Part shown: positions 1 to 14,056 of the stretch, in pieces
Layout of the letters: the number at the start of each line of letters is the position of its first letter
Position numbering within the stretch: the first letter of the stretch is position 1
Source of the DNA: Lama glama
Taxonomy: Eukaryota
Reading direction: 5' to 3'
Assembly (NCBI GenBank): GCA_028534125.1
Contig: CM052817.1
Span: 81,780,001 to 81,844,000, forward strand
Length of the DNA stretch: 64,000 nt
Program-made: the position numbers and the translations under genes
The notes under the pieces: model-generated
Told to the model about the DNA's origin: nothing
What the model saw: the letters and a program-made list of their open reading frames with translations, nothing else
Database searches by the model: none

Positions 1-174
1 TATCTCTCTCTATATACATATATATGTATAAATATACGTGTGTGTATAAAATCAAGGTGAAAACCGAAGATCGGAGCACTTTATGTACCTTTATGCATTA
101 TATTCTTCAATAAAAGTATAATAGCACAGTGCCCTGTGGAGTTATAACTTACGCAGCAATAAAATAAATAGCAA

Positions 175-659
175 TGAGAGGAGAGCAAAATATGCCACCC
201 CAAAATATGCCACTTTAGCATGTTGATTATTTTGAATTAAAGTTACATAAGAAACAGCTGGTGTGAGAAGGACACTCTGACACTCCTTTGTCCTCCAGAA
301 AGGAGGAAATAAATCTCCCATGTAATGGTGTCCTTCCTATACCAGGAGGGTAGAAGGCATCCTTATCACCAGAGATAGGGAATTCAAGGCTGAAAAGACT
401 GTATCAATGACTATATTACTTCTTTATTAATTTGCTACCCCAAACTCAAACCCCTTTGTCAATTCTTCACAAATGTGTGTTTGTCCAAAAAGTATAGAAG
501 TTTCCTGCTTTGGTCAGTTCTTTTAAGTTACACATTTTTATAGGTCTCTATGTACAAAATTTAATTTGTTCTCCTTTTAATCTGTCTCATATTAATTTAA
601 CTATTAGACCAGCCAAAATACCTAAAAGGGAAGAAGGAAAAAGCCCCCCCCCCAATACA
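175..659 (+). mobile_element. Solo LTR, ERV1 MER34-like
   Basis: TG...CA termini; characteristic aatatgccaccccaaaatatgcc start; interrupts old L1-like sequence. Confidence 0.75.
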
Positions 660-3389
660 ATAACAACACAAAGGGCAAGAGGCAATGCGTGAAATTAAAT
701 CACGTTAAGTTTCTTGCAGAAAATGGTAAAAAAAAAATCTACGGTAGATTGTACTGTGTCTGGGATTATGTTAAAACATAGGGAAATCACTAAAAGAATA
801 ACACAAGAACAGATTACTAAAAGGCTAATTCAAGGAGAAAAATAGAATAAAATTACTTGATTAACCCAAAATAAGTCAAGAAAGGTGAAATAAAGAAACA
901 AGTAACAAAGTGAAAAAAATTGCAAGGTGAAGGTCATGAATTATTACATCATTACATTCAATTTAAAGGTAGATTAACATTAGATATAAGAACATAGCAC
1001 AGGAAAACTATTCACAACAGAAAAATTATCATCATCATTACAAAGTTGAAGACGAGGGCATTATTTTAGTAGTTTAGCAGAATAGTGATAAATGGTTCAT
1101 CATAGACAAAGAATACAGAATTAAAACGAGAAGACAGTAGAGTTTTCCTTCTAAAGAATCATTCAGGTGGAAATCAAATTAAAGTTCTATAAAATGGTAA
1201 TTGTAGCTGGGCATCCATTATAGTTCCATCTCTTAAAAATAGTTTTGAATGCCAGCTCTGGCTTTCAGAATAACTTTCATTGGCCTAACTTTTGTAATAT
1301 TGCTTTTCCAAGAATTAAATCTTATTAAAGATATGAAAAAGAATTCCTCCCCACTTTATTCCATATGTCTCTCTTGAACAGATATTATATTTATTTTTAA
1401 TTATTTTGAGAAAATCATACTTTTATCACTGTGAATAGGGCTACATCCCTTGATGATAAATTAGGGTCTCCTTTGAAGAAGGGGATTATTTGTAATGTCA
1501 ATCAACCAGTGTCAAGTGTTGAGATAGGAAATTGAAATATACAATTCAGGTCTCACCTATGTGTGGCGAAGGGAACCTATTTCTCTTTCTGAGACTCCTC
1601 TTATCTCTAGGTTTTGAAGAAGTGGCTAGGTTTTAATTGTCTTATAAGATCTTTTTATCATACTAGGGAGGCTAGCATCCTACAGGCAAAATCAAATTTA
1701 AGATTATAAAGCTTTATATGTAAGCAATAATCTAGTTTCATGTTGTGTTCTGTGTTCATCTTTTTGGTAGTTAACCCTCCAGTTCTTCAGTAATAGCTAT
1801 TTTATTTCCAGTTATTAGGCTTGTGTCCTTTATGTCCCTGGATGGAAGCAGCAGGGTGGTGACAGAAATAAGCGGAGAAAGCCACATGGGGGCTGGGCTT
1901 TGGCAATGAAGCTCTGGATCTACAAGCTTCAAATTACCTTCCTGACATGCAAATTCTCTGTCCATTACCAACCACTGAAGAATAGGATTTGATTTCTTGT
2001 AGAAATATACTGGTTTTCTTTGTGGGCTAGAAAAAGGAGATCTTAATTAAAGAGTGGAAGTTGATGAATGATTCCACTTAGCCCAAATTGAAAATTATAT
2101 ATTTTTGAAAGAAATAAAGTTCTTCCTCTGAGTCATCTTGACTATGATTTATAAAATTATCAAAGGTATACAAAGGAAGAATTAGACACAAAATACAGAG
2201 TACCTGAAAGCACTAAGATTGGTTCCTAACATTTCCAGGAAATAGCAGGCACTGATGAAGAAATGATGAAAGCAGGATACACAGACTGATTTAACTGTAA
2301 ATAGACTGACATCTGTGCTGTGTGAAAGTTAATATTTAGTATTACACCATTGCCTTAGACAGAGTTGGAAGGGACAGCTTTTGCTGAGCTGAGTTAAAAT
2401 AACTTTAAAAATTAAACATCCCATATAATCACATTTTCATGCCAAAAAAAACCTGTGTACTCTATAAAACTCACAAAATTAATTCACTAAGAACATCTTC
2501 CTCTATTCCATTTTTTTCTAAATAAAAACAGTCATATTTAGTTTATTGAGAGTGCCTTGCTGTCATGTGCAAAAATATGTCAGTTGCAAATTTTATTAAG
2601 TATATTTTATGATTTTATAAACATAGTATTTTATTCAAAATATATTTTAAACTATAGGAAATCACTTCTTTTCGAAATGAATACCATAAGAAGACAAGGG
2701 GGTGACTTGTAGAATAAAATATAGGCTTCCACGTAACATTATAACCCTTCATTTTAAAATCAGGGACCTATGGGCTAAATAAGCTACATGATTTATTAAA
2801 GATCAAAAATCAAATAAACAGAATTCTACATCTTCTGACTTCCAGATGTGTGTTTTTTAAAAAAATACTATAGTGTGTTAATATGTCAAATCAGTTTTTA
2901 TAAGTAATGTCAAAATATATGCTAAGTCCCTGGGACTTCCTATCTGCTCCTCCTCATGGCCCTTGAAGCCTGACTACTACTACTAAACATTGTGCTCAGG
3001 CTGCTCTGTAACTTCTGTCAGCAACTCTTTCCCTCCCAGTTGATTTCATCACCACTTGCTTGAGCTCATTCCTCCTTCCCCAAAATCTGGACTCTAAAAA
3101 CCCAGTGTATTTGTTTTTAAGCCCTTCTCCACATGCTTTTCTCTCTCACACATCGTTTGGCACTTTGGTTTCATCCTTCTCCCAAGCCTCTCTGACACAC
3201 AGCTCTAATGCCAGCATCATTGGCGGTCTTGGTTTAGGACTCCCAGGCTCAGCCTAATAAGCCCCTATGGACTCCTGACAAACCCCCAAATCTGTGGAAT
3301 GAGAACATTAATGATAGCAGCAAGTGACTGTTTAATGATTTAATATGGTGCCACGATACCTTGATAACGCAGGCATTTCTTCTTGATGA

Positions 3390-3518
3390 TATGTCTGTTC
3401 CACTTCACTGGAAGCTCCTTTAGGGCAGGGCCTTCATCTGTATTTTTTTGCTTTTGGATCCTCGGTCATTAGAAAAGGGCCTGGCACAGAGTACGCATTC
3501 AATAAAATATTGGTTGGT
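3390..3518 (+). mobile_element. LINE-2 3' end
   Basis: aagctcctttagggcaggg...gcctggcacagagtacgcattcaataaaatattggttg. Confidence 0.75.
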
Positions 3519-6440
3519 ATAAATCTTCGTGTGCTGCTATCTCCTCTTTGTGCTCACCAGCTGTAGAGCAGTTACGTAGCTTGCTTGAGTTCTTAAAGTA
3601 GCGTTTGGACTATAAGCCACGCTTGCCAGGTCTTTTATGGAGCAACTGCTATATCCTTTTAAAGATGCCCTTCTGGTTCTTCTGGTGCTTAGAGAGACTA
3701 AGCATGCAATGGAGAATAAGACAAATTTCCTGTCCTGTGCATAAGCAATAGGCAGATAAATATGTGTAAAATGAAATGCCACGTTGCCACGCACTAACAG
3801 AACGAAGGGTACACCGTTACAGATAGTTGGGTGGTCAGGGAAGTGATGGCACATGGTGCTGTGTATTTGTTCCTATATTGCCAACTAGCAGTATGCATGA
3901 CCCATGTTAACCAGTTAATCACATTTTTTTGTATCTGAGTCTGAAACAGAAGGATTTAGTGTAAGACTTGCCTTAAAGCATATGCTTGTTTTGAGTTGAC
4001 CTTACTGATAAAAATCCAAATTTACATGAATACAAGTTAAAAGGGATGATTCAGGAACATTACAAAAATATTATTCATGTTCTTAAAGGATTGATTGATA
4101 CAGCATTTTTATATAAAATAGTTATATAAAATAGTTTCACACTATAGTGAAAGGGAAGCAGTGGCTTTTCACATACCAGTGAGTTTACACTACAAAAAAT
4201 AACATACTTAGACCATGTTTTACAAAATTGTGGTTAATTAGCATAAAATTATTGACACTAAAGTTAGAAAGACTCTCAGAAGATTAATTAGCTAAAACTT
4301 TTTCTGAAGGTCTGAAGTATTCAGCAACATATTCAAGGTGACAAGTAGCTAATTAATTGGGGCTCATTGAAGGGAGAGACACATAGACACCTAGTCTCCT
4401 CCCTTTTATTGTGGGGTCTTAGAGCAAAGGTAATTCAGTACCAGCCATATAAGTTGGCAGGACATTTTAGTTGGTGATATAATGAAAATTACTGCAAAAG
4501 GCTAAGGAAGATGCATTCCTAAAGGCTTCTGTTTTGTTTTGTTTTGTTGCACTGCATTTTTGTATTTTGTTTTTTTGGTTGAATGATTACGAGAAATCCT
4601 ATTTCTTCCTCTTTTCAAGGACATAATGTTCAGGTGGTGCCTGCTTTAGATTCACATCCTTTCTTTCTCTTTGCATTGTTCAAATTCAATTCAGCATCTT
4701 TTCATGCTTAAGCAGCCTACTTATCAACAGAGCTCAGTGCTACACTGAAAAAATGCTAATGCACATTACTTAAGGAGAAACAGGACTTTTATTGTTTTTA
4801 GGACTCAAACTGATCTTTTAAAAAGTAGGATTCTAGTTTTTATTCTGTAAAATGTAAACACTTCAGGAGTTAAAATGAAATTAGACTATAATGTTGTGTG
4901 TTACAGAGTTTCCATGGACATTTTATTGCATTTATATGTGGAATTTTTCCAACAAAAGTAATCTATTGTGTAGCATATTTTGTGGAACTATAATATATAA
5001 ATGCAAAAAAAAACCTTAACTTATTTAAAATATTAGATACTATTTACGAAAATACAGAATCTCATAAATTGGCTGTTAAGTAGAAGTTAAAATATTCCCT
5101 AGCATTGCTTTGGCAGTATATTTGCACACTAGGTAGAACATTTCCTTTCCATCGACTTTTACTGAAAACTCAGGGATCCATTTTTCTGTGAGTGAATGGA
5201 TTTGCTCAGCGCTGCACTGGGGTCTGCAGGGAAGAAGGGGTTTCAGACGAAATGGCTGAGCAAGCAGCAGCTGCTCCCCTCCACTGGCTGCATCTCCGAG
5301 TGTCACATATCAGGGGCTTGAACAAATAATGCACTATTGTCCACGTTTACAAAACTAAGGGTCTGGCCTTGGGAAGTAGCCGGGCATCTGAGCTTAAGGA
5401 ATTGTGCTCCCACACACCAGCATGCTGCTCAGTGCCTCACCGATGAACTTCAGGGAGGGGAAGGGGAAAATGATCAAACCCCTCCTATGAGTCCACTCTT
5501 GAGTTGTGTTCTTACTTCCTTTGCTATTTGGCATAGTAATATATTTTTTTTCTATATCCCGGGAGGCAGCTAATAAACATCTTGTTTGATTGGTTTGATT
5601 TAAACAATTTTTCTAATATTTCTAGAGTTATTTGACAAGCTCAGTCTTTAAGAATGATCCAAACTAACTACTTTGTTCATTCTATTTTCCTATATATTTC
5701 ACTGTTTTGCACACAATCACCACCAGATGGATAGCTGGAGGAGTGAGACTTCAATTCTTTTAAGAGTGGAATGTTAGCTGTGGATAATTCAGCAAACAGA
5801 CCTTATCAATTTGACCTAAAAGTCTCTGTAACTATATGACAGGAACTCCTGCTGACTGGCTGTATGGTTTTAGAAGCATGTGCTACAATTATTTCTTTTG
5901 TTTTCAGAAGCTCATGCAAAATTTGATATTCACAGCTGCTAGGCATCAATTTGGTTGAGAAACAATCTCACCACAAAAAAACAAAAAAGTGACTGATTCC
6001 AGATTACTGCCAGATCGTGCATTGTAGAGCTGGAGAGGATTATTCAAGTTTAAGTGCTGCAAAAGTAGCCATAACCCAGGTGGGCTATAAGGTTTCAATG
6101 AGCCATGCCAGACAACTGTCTGCTGATACTGCTTGATAGCATCTAGGAATTCCTAGGAGTGAGGTTAAGTATGGTAGCTACAATTTTATTTTTTTTCTCC
6201 TCAGAATGACTGTACTGAAGCAGACAACTGATAGAGGAATTACAAGATTGAACCTAATACATGTTTGTTTGCTGAGAAACTCAAATCAAAATTTCTGTGT
6301 ACAATATAAATAAAATTGACACTGTGCATTACATAAAATCTCTATATAAGCATTTTTTTTTTACAAATTGATCTGGACTAAGTTAAGAAAACATATATAC
6401 AGAGGCTTAAATACAAACTAAGAACATTATTTAGAAAGCC

Positions 6441-6609
6441 TTTTTTATTATTGCTTTATTTATTTATTCATTTGTGGTTTTGGGGGGTAATTAGGTTTAT
6501 TTATTTATTCTTTTTTGTTTGTTTTGTTTTTAACGAAGGTACAGGGGATTGAACACAGGACCTCGTGCCTGCTAAGAACACACTCTATCACTGAGCTATA
6601 CCCTCTCCC
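6441..6609 (-). mobile_element. tRNA-derived SINE (camelid Vic-1-like)
   Basis: Minus strand reads GGGAGAGGGTATAGCTCAGTGATAGAG...GTCCTGTGTTCAATCCCC (pol III A and B boxes) followed by an A-rich tail. Confidence 0.9.
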
Positions 6610-7859
6610 TTATTATTATTTTAATTGCATCTCCTTAAATATTACTCTTGGAGTATTAGTTAACATTTTAAAAGAGGAACAATTATGTGAGAAAATGATC
6701 GCAGCTACATAAAAAAATGGAAAGTCATACTGACAAACAACAAAGGGGAGAAAAGTATTTACGGCACTCTTTTGTATTACAATAGGAATTCTTGTCAGTA
6801 ACTCTTCAAGAATTACATCAGTTTTAGGGATTCCTCATCCCTACCCAACTGTATGTGTGGTGTGTTTGTAGTACAAGACTTATTGCTGTGAAATAGATTA
6901 AATATGCTTAAAAAATAAGAGTTTAATCTTCGTATCTTTTACAACTTTAAAATAAGCATAAATTTAAATGAAAGCATTACTGAAAATGATTTCTTTATAC
7001 ACACTGTTTTGCTTTTGTTCAGAATGTGTCTTGTGCCTTTAGGCGGAGAGCTACTTCTTCATCTTCCATCCTTCTGTTGTTATACAGATTTCCAAGCACC
7101 ATCATTATCATTTCTAAATGTTTATGGTCATTACATACACGGATTTCTGGTGCTTTCACTCCCCACCCCTATTCTAGACATATATGATAGTTGTTATATT
7201 TGCATATTAGCTTGTAACTGTGTACTTCCATCTCTGCCAAGCAAGATTTCTGCTTTGGCAAAATAAGCATTTTCTAAATCTACGTAGCCTTTGTTCAGCC
7301 ATTGATCTGCCAAATACAGGTATGATAAGAATATTCAGAATAAGAAATATTCAAAAACACTGAACCTAGACTCCCCAAATTTGCTATGCTGTGAGTTCCT
7401 TACTTTAAAAGGCAGAGTAATGTTTCCAATAAAATAGAAGAGTATATGGTTGGATTTGGAGGAACAAGAAATCAGGAGACTAAGTTGCTGTGTGTTGTAA
7501 GCAAGTCAGTTTTCTCACATGAATCTTACATGACTGTAAAGAGGATATGTAAAATAAGGAAGAGAAAAAGACGGTCCCTGAAGTCTTTTCCAAATCTAAG
7601 ATGCTAGCTATCATTAATTTAACAAACACCTTTATGTACACAGCATCATCATGAATTAGAGCATTCAGAGGCTTTGGTCCTGCCTTCACTAGGTTTTACC
7701 TATAGATTATCAATATAGATATAGGTGATACAGATATCTGCCTTGTTTTGCCTTTTCCCTCCTAGTCTTCTGTTGAATATCCATTTTTTTAAACAAGAGA
7801 CAGGATTGTATTCAGGTTTGCAACGTGTCCTGTTAAAATTCTAAATTCCCAAAGCCTCC

Positions 7860-8230
7860 TTGCTCCTAAGTATAGCTGTATGGTATCATACTGAGCAAGA
7901 CAATCAAAGTTGAAATCAGTCAAATGGATTTTACTGAAAGCAAATTATTTTTCATATTGAAAAGGGAAAGGTCTAGCTGGCAAAGGTCAACATTTGCAAT
8001 CGGCTTTCTGTCTGGGGTGTGGAATAGTTGTCTGGAGACAAAGCAGCCGTCTTGCACCCATGAGCAGGAGGCGAGGAGGAGTCTGTATCTCAGTGTCTCC
8101 ACTTGGAGGGCTGTCCAGTCCTGGGCTACCTGCCATTTGGACTTCTTCCATGAAAATTAAACTTACAAGTGATCAAGACACTGTAGTTTGTATTTCTGTT
8201 GTTTGCAGCCTAAGCAAACCTAATCACCTG
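7860..8230 (+). mobile_element. Old MLT1 (J/K/L-like) LTR remnant
   Basis: gcagccgtcttgcacccatgag ... tttctgttgtttgcagcctaagcaaacctaa. Confidence 0.6.
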
Positions 8231-9397
8231 TTGCTGTATTTCTCAAGCAGTCGTGCATGTTCTCTGTACAAGCACTATGTAAGTTATCAATAGATTCTTT
8301 ATAAAACTTAAAATCTAAATATATACACACATTTTTTATGCTTTCACTAAGTTAATAGCTTTTTTTTAAATCTCTCTAAGTTTCTATCTTCATTCCGTTA
8401 GTTGCTGTTATATTGTTTCCCATATTTTTCTTTCATTCAATATTCGTGTTAGAATTTCCAATTATCTTATCAAAGAACTTCAGATAGAGAATTGCTATTT
8501 TATTTACATGTTTGTCAAATACTATACCTGGTTCTGCGAAGAATAGATGGCCCAGTAATTTGCTATACTTTCAATTATCTATCCCTTTCTTAGTCTACTG
8601 GTTTAGTATAATACCTTACAGATCCATTTGATTTGTTTAGCATCTCAATTTACTCTTTATCCTACTCAAAGAATTATTTATAATTTTATTTTTACTTTTA
8701 TTTCCTTATTCTTTATTTCTAACCTTTATAATCCTTGGCTTTTATTTTCCTATATTGCTATTTATTTCCTGTGTGATTGTCACCTGTGTCCTCATTTCCC
8801 TTTGACATTATCTCTGTGTGATTCTGATTGTCTGCATATATGGCCACATTTCACAATTTGACATTTCAACCTATCCTTATTTTATTTATATATATATAAA
8901 TTATACATATATAATGTTTTAAGACAATAGACAAACAGAATGTATATGAATAGTCTCCACGGCTTATGTACTAAGGAGGGTCCCCTTGTCCATTAAAGAC
9001 CATGTAACTTAAGAGGATTGTTGTGGTCTTCTATCTTGGGACTACTCTTAAAAATGCTGATAAGACAGGATTATCTAAGGTATATACCTCTAATAGCCTA
9101 GAAATTATGTCAAATGTTAGGACAAGTATCCTAACAACTATAGTAAAATTCACCCAAATTATGTTTCTAAAGTACATCTAATACAAATCAAGTTTTGTAT
9201 GAAGGAACCATTTGGAGAATTCTTAGAAATTATTTTATAGTGTATACACATTTACTTTTCAATTTAACAAATTTTATTAACTCTTCCTATCTTCCAGGTG
9301 CTATGCAAAGTTCTGCAGGTCAAAGGTTAAGATGGCGCCTCTGTCCTCGTGGATTTACATGGGAAGCATAAGCTAAAATGCTGTGGTTGGTCTAATT

Positions 9398-9614
9398 CAA
9401 GAATAGCAAACTATAGCTCACACTCAAAGTCTGAGCTGCTAATTGATTTTTGGTAAATAAGTTTTACTGAAACACAGCCATGCCCATTAATTTATATATT
9501 GTCTCTGATTGTTTTCATGCTACAGTGGCAGAGTTGACTATTTAGGACAGAGATCAGATGGCCTGCAAAGCTAAAAATACTATCTGGTCTTTACAGAAAG
9601 TCTGCTGACATCTG
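9398..9614 (+). mobile_element. MER58A hAT-Charlie MITE
   Basis: Core gtaaataagttttactgaaacacagccatgcccatt; perfect 8-bp TSD gtctaatt at 9390-9397 and 9615-9622. Confidence 0.9.
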
Positions 9615-11934
9615 GTCTAATTGTTTGTTCAGTAATTAAGTAACAGTCATGGATATTTTAGTCAGCTGTTTAAAATATGGACTGGATGTGTGAAAGCAAT
9701 GACTATTGATGGTTTAGTTAATGAAAAAGTCATACCAGTTTCCACAAGAGCCTTCATTCGATGCAACCAATTCTGCATTAATTTGCTCATAACTCTCTCT
9801 CAAATATGCAACATCATCAATCCAAGGATCGATGATTTATTTTACCAATTTTATGACCCTCCCACTGAGGTACAGACACAATGCCATAATTAATGTAAGA
9901 GCTTGTACTTACAATCATTATATATCATTATATATATGCAATCATTTATCCTGGAGAAATAGCCAATGAGGTTAATGTGTCAATAGAGCACCTTAGAAGA
10001 ATTCATTTCTCTTAAAGCTCACAATGGCTTTGAAGTGTTTTACCTGTAAAAATGAGAACATTTAGGGACCTATCCAAATATTTTTGGTTGAGCAAATTTG
10101 TTGATGTTTATGGGACCTTATAGATTCTAGTTGTAAAGTATGATTGCCAAGAATAGTCCTTATATGGAATAAACTCTAAACTCCCTCACATTCTCAGGAA
10201 GTCTACTGTCTAAGTCACATTCTTCTTCCTTCTCCTAGTAATTAACCATTTAAATGACACTGATAAAGCCTCCTGGGTGTTCTATCAACTCCCTATTTAA
10301 TTTTATAGCAGGGTTTTTTGGATAAAAAGTGTACAAGGAATAATCAATTATCCCCTTAGTTTTCAAAGGAATGTATGTTTCTAGCATTATTTAATCTCAC
10401 ATCACATCAGATTTGCAGAGAAATAAATTCATGCAATGGATAGAAAACTTGCATGGAATTAAAAACTAGTTATAACTTCATCATTGTTGAGTAATAGATG
10501 AAAATTCCCTGCCCCTAAAATGATAGATTGGTAGTTGACCCTCTTCTCCTTCAAAGAAAAGAATAGTTCGTGAAATACTTTTGAATTATGCTTACTGATA
10601 CAAAAAGAAATGTAATATTTCTGTAAATATTTTAGAATAGCTTAATATGCTTATATTCCTCTTTTTCATTATTTAGAGCGCTGCTATTAATTATATTATA
10701 TTCTCTCTGTGCATAGGATAGTATATGTGAAAGGTATAGAATTACCCTGGGCTACAAAGGCATCATAAAAACTGATGTAAGAGGGATGGCAAAAGAAACA
10801 AGAGTAACTAACATTGACTGATTTCTAGGCAGACTTCTAGTTCTCTAACCTATGTTATTTCATGTGATGAAGACAATTTTACCTCTCCCACATCTTCACT
10901 CTGACATTTTAAGGATGTGAAAGAAATTGAGAGAATGGAGATTCAGGAAGTACAAATACCAATATTTTTGGTTAGTATGTGGCAGAGCTCATGATGCAAC
11001 TTGTCTTATTCTAAAACCCATAGACTTCCCTCTACAGCAGCATGCTACTCTAAATTAATCTAAAATATTTGAATGAACAGGTATCAGAATAACTGTATTA
11101 TATGAAAAATAAATTTGGACGATGTTCATGTGGAGAATGGGTGGCAACCTCATAAGTGCATCTGCAGGCACATCTTCCTCTCTGAATTATGTGGACGAGT
11201 AGAACAGCAAATCTTCAAGGCTTCTGCCAAATTTAACTTAAAAAATTAAGTTCACAATTGAAATGTACTAATTCAAGAAGTGGAATATTGGAATTTTGAT
11301 TCAAAGTAAAAAATCTTTCACTGTACCAATGTATATTGATACAATTTTCATAATAGAATAAATATTCTCTTTACCAATATGTTAATTATATTTTTAAAAT
11401 TCAAGAAAAGCTCTTTAATACTACTTTTAAACTTTCTTTTCTCAGAATGGATGAAGATTAAGTATGACATGAACAATTCAATGTCATGAAACTAGCATTT
11501 GAAATTTGGGATTAGATCCTGTCATTGATTTTCACCAAAAAGAATGACAAATTAGTATGCACTTAGATACCATATTTATACTATCAATTCCAGTATTAAG
11601 TTGCCATTATCTAAAATTTATTCTATTTTTAACTATATTGTATGACTTTTGGATTTTGAGGGCATTTAGAAATCCATTTGTGAAGTCAGATTTCTTATTC
11701 TGTGATTTTCAGTAAAAGACGATGTTACAACTACTAAAGCAGAATGTAAGATAAATGGTAATGTATAAAGATTATTTATTTTGCAAAATTATTATAAATA
11801 GTGATTTCAAATTATTTTATCTTGAAAAACTCATAACTATTGAGAATAAAATTGTTTTCAGAGATTACTATTAGATTTCAACAAATAGAGAAAAATTAAA
11901 GCTATTTTACAAAATAAAACAAGAAACAGTTTTA

Positions 11935-12814
11935 AAGAAAAGATGTTCAACATCACTAATAATTAGAGGAAAGAAATCAAAACAACAATGAGATATCACC
12001 TCACAACATTAAAAGAACACAAATTACACATATTGGAGAGGATGTGGAGAAAAGGGAGTCCTTATACACTGTTGATGGGAACTTATATTGGTGCCACCAT
12101 TATGGAAAATAGAATGGAGGCTTCTCAAAAAACTAAAAATAGAACTACCCTATGATCCAGCAATTCACTCCTGGAAATACATCCAGAAAAAAACAAAAAC
12201 TCTATTTCAAAAAGATAGCATGCACACCAATGATGATAGCAGCACTATCCCCATCAACAGACAAACGGAAGCAACCGAAGTCCCCATCAACAGACAAACG
12301 GATAAAGAAGATGTGACATATTACATGTATATGCACGTATAAACATGTATAGATGCATACACATATGAACAACGGAATATAACTCAGCCAGAAAAAAGAC
12401 TGAAATTCTGCCATTTGCAGCAATGTGGATGGACCTAGAGAATATTCTGCTTAATTAATTAAGTCAGACAGAGAAAGACAAATACTGTATAACTTCTATA
12501 TGGAATCTAAAAAATAATATAAGTGAATAAATATGCAAAACAGAAACAGACTCACAGATATAAAAAGCAAACTAGTGGTTACCAAAAAGGAGAAGAGGAA
12601 AAGGCACGGTAGGAGTATGGAATTAAAGATAGAAACTACTATGTATAAGATAGATAAGCAACAAGGATATATTATATAGCACAGGGAATTTTAGCCATTA
12701 TCTTGTAATAACTTCTAATGGAACGTAATCTATAAAATTCTGAGTCACTATGCTGTACACCTCAACTTAATATAATAATTTAAATCAACTATGCTTCAAT
12801 TAAAAAATAAATAA
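11935..12814 (+). mobile_element. 5'-truncated LINE-1 (ORF2 3' end plus 3' UTR)
   Basis: Translates to [21 protein letters not shown] (L1 ORF2 C-terminus); ends aaatcaactatgcttcaattaaaaaataaataa. Confidence 0.95.
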
Positions 12815-13324
12815 TTTTAGTGGTACTATAGCTGCTAATATTCATAATATCAAGGAGTAATTTTATAAATGCAATTTGCCTTTGATACATGGTGCTTGAT
12901 ACAAAGTAAAAAAAAATTGGAACCTTCTCATATACCAGACTTCAAAAAAATTACAACATCTTAAATAGTTAGACAAAATAAAATTTCTATTTTGAGTTTG
13001 TTGAAGTGTTCTTTACACAGAAAATTTACTTACACAAAGTAGGCACTGAATAAATACTTATTAATGAATGGGAATGAAATAAGTCAGAATGAGGAAATAA
13101 AGAAAACATGCTGAGACAGCCAAGCAAAATTAATACAGACTAAGAGAAAGGTACAGAAATACATCTGAGGGAAATATATTTATCTTTGTCTTGCTTTTAC
13201 AACACCGCATGTATTACCCATTCCTCTGTCCTTTGAAGATTGAGGAGTGAGCCATTAAACAGTATAAAATAAAAAACACATAAAATTTTTTAAAATCTTC
13301 TTTTTATCAACAACAAATAACGAC

Positions 13325-13760
13325 TGTTTGGAGAGGAAATCTGCCCTGATATCTGCTTGTTCGTGCTGGGTATTCTAAAAATTTAAAGCCCTGACAAGCT
13401 TTTTATTTGAGCTATTTCTCAAGGCTGTGATTGCAGTGAGAAACCTTAAGAAATAAGACAGCACCTCTCCCTGGACTGAGGGCAGGTTTGTTCTCACTTG
13501 CTGTGAAAGCAGTAAATCCCCCAAGCTGTGTGTTCCTCTGCTGTAGTATGATCCACTGCATGCATGACATCCATGAGATCGGGAGGGCATGGGGAACCGG
13601 ACACAACTAGGAAGCTCTGGCTACTGCTTTTGCTGTGAGTAATAAGGTCCTTTGTCTCTGACCCAGGAGTTTCATGGTTTTTGTCAGCAGATATTAAACA
13701 GTAACAGATTAATTTTCTAGTGAGTAGGGTAAAATCTCAGACCCTGTACAGCTCTGGACA
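13325..13760 (+). mobile_element. Solo LTR (ERVL-type)
   Basis: TG...CA termini; aataaggtcctttgtctctgacccaggag polyA/U5 region; degenerate 5-bp TSD acgac / atgaa. Confidence 0.7.
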
Positions 13761-13899
13761 ATGAAATTATTATCAAAATTTGTGTGTGTGTGTGTGTATC
13801 CACATATAATTCTATACATATACCTTCATATACACTTAAACACATACATACAGCTGTATCCCATTTCTACTTTTTTTAGGTAGCCCTTGTAACACAGTG

Positions 13900-14056
13900 T
13901 TAATGGCATACCATCTTGGGCCATTTATTTAAATTCTCTGTCCCCTAGTTTCCTCAACTATACGTTGAGAATACCACCAGTAGATAACTTACAGGGCTAT
14001 AATGAGGACTAAATGGTATAATGAATGTAATATTCTTAGAACAATGTTTGGCACTC
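13900..14056 (+). mobile_element. MIR SINE
   Basis: ctctgtcccctagtttcctcaactata...atgaggactaaatg...cttagaacaatgtttggcac MIR core and tail. Confidence 0.75.
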
